Positions 47,101 to 54,760 of a stretch of 64,000 bases of DNA are shown here, one piece after another. Position numbers and translations under genes: made by a program. The notes beneath the pieces are model-generated. The model was given only the letters and a program-made list of their open reading frames with translations, had not been told where the DNA came from and did not search any database. Source of the stretch: a virus; the IMG/VR virus record IMGVR_UViG_3300037961_004224, positions 32,001 through 96,000 of that record, one strand, 5' to 3'. Positions within the stretch are counted from its first letter, which is position 1. Each line of letters opens with the position of its first letter.

Positions 47101-50100
47101 CTCGTTGGCTTCCACCACCTCTACCGAACAAACGCCTACGGGCTGCTTTACCTTTTGCTCTAGCTGTTGCTTGCTGACTAGCTTTAACACCAGCTTCTCT
47201 TCCAAGAAGTTCTTTGCCGACGACAATTGACCTTTGACCCGATTTACTGGTCGCGGAGATAGTTCTACCTTTCGGTGTTTTCCCAGTCCGACCAGCAATT
47301 CTAGCTTTTTCCAAAGTTTCCGGGCCTTTTCGTCCTACAAACTTTTGTAATCCCGCTTCTCTTCTAGCGAGTGTTGATCGAGACTTGGCCAATCTATCAT
47401 TTGCTAATTTAGATTTATCTAAACCAGCAGCTAATGATTTTGCACTTCCTGTGCCTTTAGAAATTTCTGCTGCATTTGCTTTTATTGCCGCACCAAATTG
47501 TTTTAACTGAGGCCCAAGAAGTAAAGCAGTCAATCCAGCGTTCATAAGGTTTGATTTAAATTCTTCTGCTGAATTAGAAGAAGCAAGCATTGCAGCTTCA
47601 AAACCTACAAAAGCTGCTGTTCCGGGGTCTTGCTTTATAGCACGACCAACACCTTTTACAACACCGCCAACTGCAAGCCCTTGTCTTCTAGAATCAATAG
47701 CTTTCATAGTAGAAGCAGGAAGAACAAACGTACCAGCATCAAGTGATGTTTTTATACTATCAGAAGTACCAGTTCCGGGACCAGAAACTCTGTCGATAGG
47801 AAGATTGGCAACAGAATCAATTGCAGAACCAAATCCTTTTCTTGCTTTTTCTAGATCTCTTAAATTGCCAGCCGCAACTTTAGGATCTACAAGACCTTCT
47901 CCATCAGATATAGCTACTGGAACTTTTCCTCTTCCGGGTATTTCCATTCCTTCGGCAGCAGAAAATGAACCAAGGCCAGTAATCTTTTTATTAGCTACAT
48001 AATTACCTGTCTTTTTAAATATACTTGTGACATTACCTTTACTAGCACTTCTTTTTGCGTCTGCCGCCACAAGATTTTGTATTCTTGTTGCGTCAACACC
48101 AAAAAAATCACCCAAGGCTTCTGTTTTTATACCTCTACCGCCCCTAAAGTCAAAGTCAAATACAGCACCAGAGCTTTGTGGAGTAATCTTTCCAATCGCG
48201 GATACTATGCTTTCTAAAAGAAATCCTTGTATGCTTGCACCAGCAGAATTTACTCTGCTACCCTTTTTTGTTTTTTCTTTTTGAAATAAAGGCTTAACCG
48301 CTCTATTAATTTGTGATTGACTAAGATTTAAATCTGTTGCTGGATCTCCTATTTTTAAAGAAGGAGATTTCAGAGCAGCATCTAGTGCAGCTTCCATACC
48401 CTTTTGAGAAGCTTCTCTTGTTTCTTTGTCAATACCGCTTCTGATATCATTTTCTGAAGCAATAAATCTTGCCATGCTACCAGCAATTGCAACTTTATTT
48501 AAATCTTTGGTATCAAAACCCTGTTTGCTTAAAGATGCTTTAGCCTTTGATACTAAAGCTTTTTGGACTGCTTGATTTGTTGGAGTAATTCCTCCACTGC
48601 CAACATTATCTGTACCGTCAGTGCCATTTGGTGGAACGAGATATAGTCCACCAAATTTGTTTGCAGCAACGTTAAATCTTGCTGTTTTTATTGATTTTTT
48701 AGTCTCTTTAGCAGCAGCAGCAGCTTTTTGATTGGCTTTAGGACTTAAAGATTGTCTATATTCTGATTTTAAAGCTAAAAATTGTTTCGATGAAAGATTT
48801 TCAAGTGCATCAACTCCAGCACCTCCTTTGGGAAAACCTTTGCCTTGAATGAACTTACTAAAACCAGTGGTAAGCTGAACTGGTTTTTTTGCATTAGGAG
48901 CATTATTAAGTTTGAATAGATCATCAAAAACTGTTTTTCCTTCAGAAAGACTTTTGGCAGCCCTTGAAGCCAATCCACCTATTCTCATATTCTTTCTTTT
49001 ATAAGCTCTGCCTCCACCGGGGAATTGTTGTCTAACATCTTTTTTGGGTATAACAGCTTCTCCACCTTCAAGGAGTGCAAGAACACCACCTTGTGCATGT
49101 GAAGGTCCGTCAACAAAACCACCTTTTCCAAACTTTGGAATTTTACCACCAGCGGCACGCCTTCTTCTTCCTCTTCCACCAAAAGTGATAGCACCACCAC
49201 CAGCGGTGGCTGCTCTTAATTGAGGAGGTAAAGCTTTGATAGCCCCCGTCAAAGCTACGGCTTGCTTGCTTAGATTAACAGCATTTGTATTAAGACTTGT
49301 AGCTGTTGACTTCAAAGACTTTATGGAACTGTTCAGTGACTTTAATGCAGTAGTATTAGAGTTTAAAGCTGTGATGTTTTTTTGTATTGCGGCAGTGGCT
49401 TGTTTTTTTGCAGATTTTGATGCAGCGTCTTCGCCTCTTCCTGAACCAGTTAAAGCACCAGATATTCCCCTGCCAACGCCTCCTGAACCTCCACCTTTTC
49501 TTATTCCTCCTATAAAGCCTTGAGCAAATTGAAAAACCCCACCAGTTAATTTTACTGCTGCCAAAGCTGTAAGTGCTGGAAGTATAGGTCTTAGTGCATC
49601 GGCAAGTGTTACAAAAGCATTAGCCGCACCTATTGCAAACTTAGCTAGATTTTGAAAAGTAGCAGATTCTGATATATCACGAATTAGCTTTCCAAACCTT
49701 TGTTGTAGCTGCTCTATCTGAACACTAAGTGTTTGTGTAGCTAATGCAACATCTTTCGTAATACTTTCAGTTCCCTGTAAAGCAACTTGTCTTGCACGTT
49801 CTGCTTTTTCAAAGTTTCTAAGTGCTGGCAACAATTTACCAACTTGACGAACACCACCAAGTTCTTCAACTAATTTTGCAACCTGAAGAGTATCTAGACC
49901 TTTTAATCCAGAAGATATCTTTTTCAAAGCTTCAAAAATACCAACAAATTCACCTTCTGCAATACCAAGTCTTTTTGCATCTTCTGCTGTAGCACGCAAC
50001 CTAATACCAAACTGTTCTAAGAACTTAATAGTTTGAGGTCTTTGTACACGAGTAAAAATTGTTCTTAAACCAGTAGCAATCGTGTCAGCAGATTCACGAG

Positions 50101-51040
50101 TTGTAGATCTAACAGCAGTAAAGATACCTATTAACTCACGAAGTCTTTCTTCTGGTGCTCCAAGCTGTTGGCTAGATGCAGCAAATACACCACCAGCACG
50201 ACGAATAACAGATATAAGATCATCAGACTCAACAGCAAAACTTTTAGATACAGAGTTCAAAGAACCCAATATAGACTCAAGCCTACCTGCCTCTATTCCG
50301 AATTGATTCAATGCAGCGATTGCACCCTCAGTAGTTTGCTGTATATCTCCAAAAGTAGGTGCTAACGATGCTTTAGCAACAGCCTTTAAAGATTTTTCTA
50401 CCTGATTCAATGATTGACCAGTTTGTGCAAAAGTACGAGCAACACCAAGAAGCTCATTAGCATTGAGTCCGAGTCCAGTAGCAAGACTGTCAATAGTTTG
50501 TCTTAGTCCAGCTAAATCTTTGCCTGCCCTTCCAGTGACCTGTGTTATTTTTACAAGCTCTCGTTCAAACTTTATAGCTTCACTTGTTGCTTGAGTTATT
50601 GCTCTGGTAAAACCAAAGATAACTCCAGTAGCAATAGAAAATGCCGCGAATCTACGAACAGCAAGTGCAGCATCTTTACCAAAAGCCTGAATTTGACTTC
50701 CAGCAACTTTTGAAGAGGCAGCGGTTTTATCCAAGCTTTTATTTATTTGATTTGTTGCAGAAGTAACTTTATTTGCTGAAGTAGCGACTCCAGCACCAGA
50801 AGCAGCAAGTCTTGTTAATTGAGATGAGGTTCCTTTAGCGGTAGCATTTAATTTTGTTAAATTGCTGTTTAAAGTATTCAATTGCTTGTCTATATTTGTA
50901 AGACCAGCCAATGAGCCTTTATCAACCTTAACTCTCACAGGAACGCTGATATTAGAAAGCTGTTTTTGTATACTGCTTCTAACTTTTGCAATGTTCTTTG
51001 GACCGCTAAGTACTACAGCCGCATTTATGTTAAATGACAT
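41129..51040 (-). CDS. Tail tape measure protein (3303 aa)
   Basis: Ala/Gly/Gln-rich helical protein; TP901-type core (SKSFAVESDDL..RAGG..RESADTIATGLRTIFTR); position between chaperones and distal tail gene. Confidence 0.92.
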   Translation of the reverse strand: MSFNINAAVVLSGPKNIAKVRSSIQKQLSNISVPVRVKVDKGSLAGLTNIDKQLNTLNSNLTKLNATAKGTSSQLTRLAASGAGVATSANKVTSATNQINKSLDKTAASSKVAGSQIQAFGKDAALAVRRFAAFSIATGVIFGFTRAITQATSEAIKFERELVKITQVTGRAGKDLAGLRQTIDSLATGLGLNANELLGVARTFAQTGQSLNQVEKSLKAVAKASLAPTFGDIQQTTEGAIAALNQFGIEAGRLESILGSLNSVSKSFAVESDDLISVIRRAGGVFAASSQQLGAPEERLRELIGIFTAVRSTTRESADTIATGLRTIFTRVQRPQTIKFLEQFGIRLRATAEDAKRLGIAEGEFVGIFEALKKISSGLKGLDTLQVAKLVEELGGVRQVGKLLPALRNFEKAERARQVALQGTESITKDVALATQTLSVQIEQLQQRFGKLIRDISESATFQNLAKFAIGAANAFVTLADALRPILPALTALAAVKLTGGVFQFAQGFIGGIRKGGGSGGVGRGISGALTGSGRGEDAASKSAKKQATAAIQKNITALNSNTTALKSLNSSIKSLKSTATSLNTNAVNLSKQAVALTGAIKALPPQLRAATAGGGAITFGGRGRRRRAAGGKIPKFGKGGFVDGPSHAQGGVLALLEGGEAVIPKKDVRQQFPGGGRAYKRKNMRIGGLASRAAKSLSEGKTVFDDLFKLNNAPNAKKPVQLTTGFSKFIQGKGFPKGGAGVDALENLSSKQFLALKSEYRQSLSPKANQKAAAAAKETKKSIKTARFNVAANKFGGLYLVPPNGTDGTDNVGSGGITPTNQAVQKALVSKAKASLSKQGFDTKDLNKVAIAGSMARFIASENDIRSGIDKETREASQKGMEAALDAALKSPSLKIGDPATDLNLSQSQINRAVKPLFQKEKTKKGSRVNSAGASIQGFLLESIVSAIGKITPQSSGAVFDFDFRGGRGIKTEALGDFFGVDATRIQNLVAADAKRSASKGNVTSIFKKTGNYVANKKITGLGSFSAAEGMEIPGRGKVPVAISDGEGLVDPKVAAGNLRDLEKARKGFGSAIDSVANLPIDRVSGPGTGTSDSIKTSLDAGTFVLPASTMKAIDSRRQGLAVGGVVKGVGRAIKQDPGTAAFVGFEAAMLASSNSAEEFKSNLMNAGLTALLLGPQLKQFGAAIKANAAEISKGTGSAKSLAAGLDKSKLANDRLAKSRSTLARREAGLQKFVGRKGPETLEKARIAGRTGKTPKGRTISATSKSGQRSIVVGKELLGREAGVKASQQATARAKGKAARRRLFGRGGGSQRAAIDAAQRARQANAAASAARGGARVAGKVPTAGLGRAAAGSTRLAASAPKLAGGPAGIAAIVASIFGDAIVDGVTEATVGKRKQIAGVAGFSAEQGGLKTAGITGAAKGAISGAATGAAIGSLTGPAAVVLTPLLAAIGGITGAIDGALGGLKQQLKFETLQDAQTAGLELEKALDKLAEKGFKDADALDAVTKSARGLTSAVTTTTQRLGNLRVSGRQMGNAAVGGIGSDLGVGGVVDGFAKFSDQFAQGFDLVGKTLAQAEGTGIEGFANSIGGLLDITLLADQQMRKAAQEMGGVTGAVSTFILDVKKGAAELVGIDVDARARNAAKKLNASVQLQGAEDFQQTLAAIPDAALQKATVTFEALGPALANSLNIDQVTDIAALGADASLDDLFKALEGASDGTKQFSAQLEAFKALAGTQAVSAAKTLNEQFDQISAAGEASGRKGKLDAFFAAGKTSAADFIAGINAGKGFEESGKLASKRLISNLNAQTGNAISGLNLGITDIESFQKAIEKNPEVLNKVAKAAGVSSTELSTLVNSTQNYISSVRDSIAAQIAAEQKQRIVNDLLLAQVQGLDAFAAALQDLDQRVANIVSDFTTTAQNVQNEVSRILSTTQQAQAVGRANVFAGGGRGRSREELSAGVERVRRAVGGDAEDFADLPDTIALGNRLPQALKDTVDQIERAGGEFTFEDVKDTLVNNINAEGDIFSGLSEPVKKQFMASLEGIFVGLRQGGDPLGVEGVKAKLGELGDIQGAFSQLSQQAAQNLESITNSLNQLNQAIINSANLIVTASRERANAELEIQGRRADAQDRLSQFRTGGADPLQLANQRLADRTSILLNAGGSGTANVGGVNLGTVGAGPTGNIDLLERRAGLEEIRKGLLDRIGETVGVDTENADDAIAAAREAGEGALVDELGNTIAALEGTKRAIEEQTNETARLSAIESKLSSIQESRLSQRQRLQAGLSQLSGARSQKDVNRILNDIQRPFIAASKVASGQAISVQEGAALQQDLFDDQGIAATAFRQQFKDRTGRDASDKEVGDFLETSLANFQQGGRDLFSNLGLGAGAVDAVLGRADGPGATVKGETKQEKDLISEFQSIVDKQAELIKGSTDQNTKLLQDQQILYRQEIIKTTEALATAGEAFASLRDREEALLALSEKRLAQLEQIDLTQQKSDLKKQKKEEEANVKEAKKLDQERNKAVDQATGVDSSKGSAFDFLVGLGQAGTGFDKELVTGAFQGSAAGRAAQTTKAGDITSSDAFQLTDQLALNAAQAGFGEIDVTDTDSAGTKFQLDLQSKLASALKDTQAAGGTTQDFISQADKIIDSALATRKGNLETEKAQAALDSVTAKLETMDPAIDKATKKFEEADKNLNQVKAQQAQEQESNRNRKAIEGELKAEAKGEKSARDKRLETEKELKSTFTDPKQFKDTIDKIRAGEDVSKLGLTPDQTRLADQAQKLGTAEILTQEFKAGRAPLLTEDKDKLTALQSKLRGDKSAATVEAERLQAEAEKSAPRFMPVEQRTPVIEPQRPDGIGDAAGGQIMRLDVARKQQPATGQRRVVGVGATPGPEEAKVRKRQAEDQAAADKVVADLNLKPIDGIETDDDFGAAVKAKIEADKQAEIDAAREKDRANAAARQQPAAKVAVGNLRSIRRISQQDADLQVTKELLGPDFTGRIAGAETGGLVGDSRRAVVAAREQEAKRAAKAGEKPRTQAELVKAGLLEQEDVDIANKSFKLRSSQNRQARAREKQIAAEARDPRKRTRRLADLEKEQRAQANRKKLLEEKGGFGEKDASRLSELKQTVGPLSEEQNKELINLKARQGLSQRIDTGSGRIQRLGGTEQVAAQQQQEAAQLNKQKNEAQAKQITQEQTDLKKNQQLQQQKQQQQQQEIQQAPTAAGTQDPTAKFVQAVEMLNTSTFATELLAAATKLESLPDINITLNSEPIDVNVILNGGQLLAEFRKEFQDQIFDEVANQIAANNSNIDGGQPVV

Positions 51041-51109
51041 TTTGCTACCCCATAAGCAAAAAGCGACCCTTCTCGAAACAAGTTATTATTTCAAGTAAAA
51101 AGGTCGCTT
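51040..51109 (-). promoter_or_regulatory. Tandem RNA hairpins in the tape measure 5' leader
   Basis: 20-bp stem with 3 G-U pairs (51061-51109), followed by a 7-bp stem pairing the A of AUG with GGGG in the loop (51040-51061). Confidence 0.6.
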
Positions 51110-51124
51110 ATCCGAGTGTTACGC

Positions 51125-52036
51125 CTAAGCACTTGCTTCGGCTTTTTTACGTGTCCGTCTTTTTGGCTTTGGCTTTTCTTCTGCTTTTACTTTTTCTGGT
51201 TTTGGTCTGTCAGAATAATCCGATTCATCAATTACTTTACCAGAATCATCCAAGAAGCCTTCAAATTCAACTTCAAAATCACCATCTTCATTAAGTGGTC
51301 TTCCGTTCACGTCAACTTTTACAAACTCAGTATCAGAAGTCCACTTTATATAATTTCCAAATTCATCAATATGCTTTCCCTCGGTGTCAACAAGTCTTCC
51401 GTTATCATCAACAAGGTTATAATCTTCATTGGCAAACTTGTATTTTTTCAAAAACTTATTTTCTGCAAGCTTAGAATCTACATCATCCGAGTCAGAAATA
51501 AGGTAGAAAAACTCAGTTGCACCTACCCCTGCTACTGGATCTTCCTGATTCAAAAGGTAATCGCCAAGGCCATTCTTAAAAAATTGTTCATCTGTATCAT
51601 TATACACCAAGCAGTTGGCAAAAAGGAAATTAAACCTTACAGAATCGGCCTTTCCTTCGCAGGTATTTGAATCCAAATCTGTTCTAGAAGATAGCATTTC
51701 GACCATTTCTGATCTCTTTCTACGCATGGATATAGCTATTTCTTTTGCATCAGATAGTGAAATACCACCTTTGGCAAGTTTATATTCACCATCAATAACT
51801 TCTTGTCTTAAAATTTGATATCTTGATTCTCTATCATCAGACCACAACTTACGCTTTCTAAGCTCTTCATCAAGCTGATCTCTCAGCATTGTTCCAGCAG
51901 CAAGCTCCTCATTGAAGGTCTTTCTCCTCATTTCATTTGCTTTTGTAAGTTCTTGCATAGTTGGTCTTCTGACTGCATATTTAACACCATCAACCTCAAA
52001 AACTCTACGATCTTCTAATTTTTCAACTTTAGGCAT
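51125..52036 (-). CDS. Tail assembly chaperone-like protein
   Basis: Directly upstream of TMP; YAVRRPT motif, acidic/basic C-tail. Confidence 0.55.
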   Translation of the reverse strand: MPKVEKLEDRRVFEVDGVKYAVRRPTMQELTKANEMRRKTFNEELAAGTMLRDQLDEELRKRKLWSDDRESRYQILRQEVIDGEYKLAKGGISLSDAKEIAISMRRKRSEMVEMLSSRTDLDSNTCEGKADSVRFNFLFANCLVYNDTDEQFFKNGLGDYLLNQEDPVAGVGATEFFYLISDSDDVDSKLAENKFLKKYKFANEDYNLVDDNGRLVDTEGKHIDEFGNYIKWTSDTEFVKVDVNGRPLNEDGDFEVEFEGFLDDSGKVIDESDYSDRPKPEKVKAEEKPKPKRRTRKKAEASA

Positions 52037-52048
52037 AACAATAACTCC

Positions 52049-52366
52049 TTATTTATCCTTTTCAGTTCCAGTAACATCAAAATTCATCACATAACGATTC
52101 CAATGAAAACTATATTGTGCTAACTCATTTTGTGCTGCTCTTAAATTAGAGCCGCCATTATCTAATATTTTTACTCTAGCCTTTTTCCAAAGTCTTCTTA
52201 TATTCTTTTGTTGGTCTGTAAGGTCATCTACAGGTAAACCATGCCCCCAAAGATGCCCTAACTCTTCTTCAAAAACAGCCAATGACCCTATAATGGTTGT
52301 GTTGAATTTCTTTTCTAAATTATTAAATAATCTTTTTTTAGAAAATTCATTGTATTTTTCACTCAT
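52049..52366 (-). CDS. Small protein in the tail chaperone region
   Basis: AAGGA SD; position. Confidence 0.55.
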   Translation of the reverse strand: MSEKYNEFSKKRLFNNLEKKFNTTIIGSLAVFEEELGHLWGHGLPVDDLTDQQKNIRRLWKKARVKILDNGGSNLRAAQNELAQYSFHWNRYVMNFDVTGTEKDK

Positions 52367-52376
52367 AATTATTCCT

Positions 52377-53438
52377 TTACTTTTTAAATCTGTCAGCCAT
52401 TTGTTTCATGGCTTGAGATTGAAGTTCCCTTTGGACATCCGGTAGTTCGTGTTCATCTAACCTACCTTTTTTCTGAAGAGCATCAGACCTCTGTCTCATT
52501 CTTATTCTTTCGTTTAAATCATTTACTCCTCTTATTTTTTCTGCTTCTGACTTGCTTGATGCAACAACAAACATTTCTCCAGCACCACCATTTTTATTGA
52601 CACCCTTTGTATCAAGAATATCATCAAGCTCTTTTTTACTTCTTTCTTTTTCAGACTTCCTTCTTTGTTTTGCAAACCATCCGTCAAGCATGTCGTCATC
52701 TTTTATAACATCATCACTTGGTCTTTCTGGATGCTCATATACATTATCATACATTTTAGAATACATTAAAAGTGCATTTTGATCACTAGAGTGTCCATCG
52801 GTTTCAGAAAAAATTTCAGTTCCATAAATAGACCATCTACTTCTAAATGGTTCTGATCTTGCTATTTCTCTTTGCTCCTCTGGAGTTATTATATTGCTCG
52901 TAAGAAAGTTTAGAAATCTTTGAAGCACATAATTATCAATTTTTGACCAATTTTCATAAGAATATACAAATTTGCCATTTGTGTCTCTTATCGTAGTAGC
53001 TATCAAGAACTCGTCTCTTGCGTTTTCAGCGTGACTTTCTAAAGTAATATGATCTAGTGAATATTTTTTTATAATACTTTTATTTATACCAGATCTTACT
53101 GAACTTATTCTTCTACGAAGATTCTTCTTTTCTTTATCTTTGTAAAGAGCATCATACAATTGAATTTTAAGATCTTCTAAATATTTATTTAGCTTTTCTA
53201 ACTCTTGATCATTTTGAGGAGTCCAGATCCCCTTTGAAGCAAGAAAATTTTTTGCTTGATTTCTAGTGATAAGCTCACTATATTTAGAGTTGTCTAGAGT
53301 TTCTCTATAGACAAGTTCAGACAATGCCCTTTGCTGTATTGTGGGCATAGATGTGTGATACAGGGTATTTTTTATATTAAGATATACAATCCCTGTTGTA
53401 ATCCTATTTATGATGGAATTCTTTTTGTCGTCATCCAT
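52377..53438 (-). CDS. Tail assembly chaperone-like protein
   Basis: Directly downstream of the tail tube gene; ERPSDDVIKDDDMLDGW motif. Confidence 0.5.
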   Translation of the reverse strand: MDDDKKNSIINRITTGIVYLNIKNTLYHTSMPTIQQRALSELVYRETLDNSKYSELITRNQAKNFLASKGIWTPQNDQELEKLNKYLEDLKIQLYDALYKDKEKKNLRRRISSVRSGINKSIIKKYSLDHITLESHAENARDEFLIATTIRDTNGKFVYSYENWSKIDNYVLQRFLNFLTSNIITPEEQREIARSEPFRSRWSIYGTEIFSETDGHSSDQNALLMYSKMYDNVYEHPERPSDDVIKDDDMLDGWFAKQRRKSEKERSKKELDDILDTKGVNKNGGAGEMFVVASSKSEAEKIRGVNDLNERIRMRQRSDALQKKGRLDEHELPDVQRELQSQAMKQMADRFKK

Positions 53439-53458
53439 ATCCTAAGTCCTAAAACTAA

Positions 53459-53486
53459 TCGGGGGAAAGATTTCTCCCTCCCCCGA
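53459..53486 (-). terminator. GNRA-capped hairpin after the tail tube gene (terminator or mRNA stabiliser)
   Basis: Minus strand tcgggggaggga-GAAA-tctttcccccga, 12 bp with 2 G-U pairs, followed by ttagtttt. Confidence 0.7.
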
Positions 53487-53505
53487 AGAGTAATAATAAT
53501 CTAAA

Positions 53506-54684
53506 TTATGCAGTGCCTTGAGCAGTAGCACCAAGATAATTTTTTCTTGCTGCCCACCAAGTTTGGCCTTGTGCATTAAAGTCATCACCTGAGTGAAGAA
53601 CAGTAAAGTCGTTAAACGTTGTGTAAGAATATGTCACAGTAACGTTTCCTCCACCGGCATCACCTCCTCCATAGGAAACGGAAGCAAGTTTGTTCTTTTC
53701 ACCAAGATAAATTCTAGTACCTTCACAAGTAGCGATACGAATCTTTCTATCTGCAAGGTTGTCTGGAGTTGCACAAAGTGCGGCATTACCACAATCGTCA
53801 AGTGCATTAACCAAGTCACCAGAGATCGAAGTCACTTCGATGTCACATGTAACCTCAATTGGGAATGTGACAGCCTTGTAATAAGGGCTTCTAGCACCAA
53901 GCTCAAAAACTTCTTCACGAGCCAAGTCGGTAGATACCGAAATGGATGCAACGTGAACAAGACCAGATTTTACACCACTATTGCTAACGCCAAAAATATC
54001 AGCAGGAAGAATAGTATAATCTGCATCTTTTGCTCTTGCAACAGTATCTGCAAAGAACATGTTTTCTCTACGGTTTACACCACCAGAACCAATCGGTGCA
54101 TCATTGTTGTCTTGGAAGTTTCCAGAAACTCCAGATGTTGCCCAAGAAGCATTACAAGTTTGACCAAGAGCATCTTTATTGTTATATGTACTCCATAGTT
54201 TGTTATTTCCAGCCAAGGTAATATCTTCCGAGAAGTTATCATCAAGAGGGAAGTTATAACCAAAACTGTTTACAGCCATACCTGACATTTCAACAAACAA
54301 CGGTGGAACACCGCTAACCCCCTCTTGCGTTTCAGGCCAAATACCTAATTGAACACCACATTCTGCTGGTGCTCTTTTTGCAAGAGATGGGCCGGTAAGG
54401 TCTGCACCCAACTTGTCCGTAGATGTAGCAAGACACCAAAGCAACGGATAACCGTCAAGAACTTTAGACATCGTTACTTCAACACTCGGAATACCTTCAA
54501 TGTTTTCATATATAGCCAATTGACCCAGTTCAAAAGCTTGTTCAAGATTGAACGTTGTAGTGATTCCGATAGACTGAACACCATGAGCTTCTCTAGCGGC
54601 ACTAGCACCAGAACCTGCTCCTGACTTCGGCTTTCGGAATGCTACCTGCTGCACTGGGTAGTAAATTCTATTATTAGCAGCCAT
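53506..54684 (-). CDS. Major tail (tube) protein
   Basis: MAANNRIYY..HGVQSIGITTTFNLEQAFELGQ..; strong AGGAG SD; bracketed by a promoter-like motif and a hairpin; position. Confidence 0.75.
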   Translation of the reverse strand: MAANNRIYYPVQQVAFRKPKSGAGSGASAAREAHGVQSIGITTTFNLEQAFELGQLAIYENIEGIPSVEVTMSKVLDGYPLLWCLATSTDKLGADLTGPSLAKRAPAECGVQLGIWPETQEGVSGVPPLFVEMSGMAVNSFGYNFPLDDNFSEDITLAGNNKLWSTYNNKDALGQTCNASWATSGVSGNFQDNNDAPIGSGGVNRRENMFFADTVARAKDADYTILPADIFGVSNSGVKSGLVHVASISVSTDLAREEVFELGARSPYYKAVTFPIEVTCDIEVTSISGDLVNALDDCGNAALCATPDNLADRKIRIATCEGTRIYLGEKNKLASVSYGGGDAGGGNVTVTYSYTTFNDFTVLHSGDDFNAQGQTWWAARKNYLGATAQGTA

Positions 54685-54737
54685 TTTAATTTTTCTCCTA
54701 AAATTGAAAAAGTATTGTATTACCTTTTTTCTAAAAG

Positions 54738-54746
54738 AGAATACAC
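54738..54746 (-). promoter_or_regulatory. Candidate late promoter GTGTATTCT
   Basis: Intergenic upstream of the tail tube gene; identical 9-mer at 58003-58011. Confidence 0.4.
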
Positions 54747-54760
54747 CATTTTTACTAAGT

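Noticed and set aside
46437-47177. 246-aa + strand ORF and other antisense ORFs over the tape measure gene
   Set aside because: Explained by GCN/GGN codon bias of an Ala/Gly-rich gene; no SD or recognisable motifs
52370-52390. -1 frameshift at TTT AAA AAG TAA ending the 353-aa chaperone
   Set aside because: Heptamer is T-AAA-AAG rather than A-AAA-AAG, and the -1 frame stops within three codons; the next ORF has its own SD
53593-54198. 201-aa antisense ORF over the tail tube gene (also 51116-51670)
   Set aside because: Shadow of a biased gene; no independent signals
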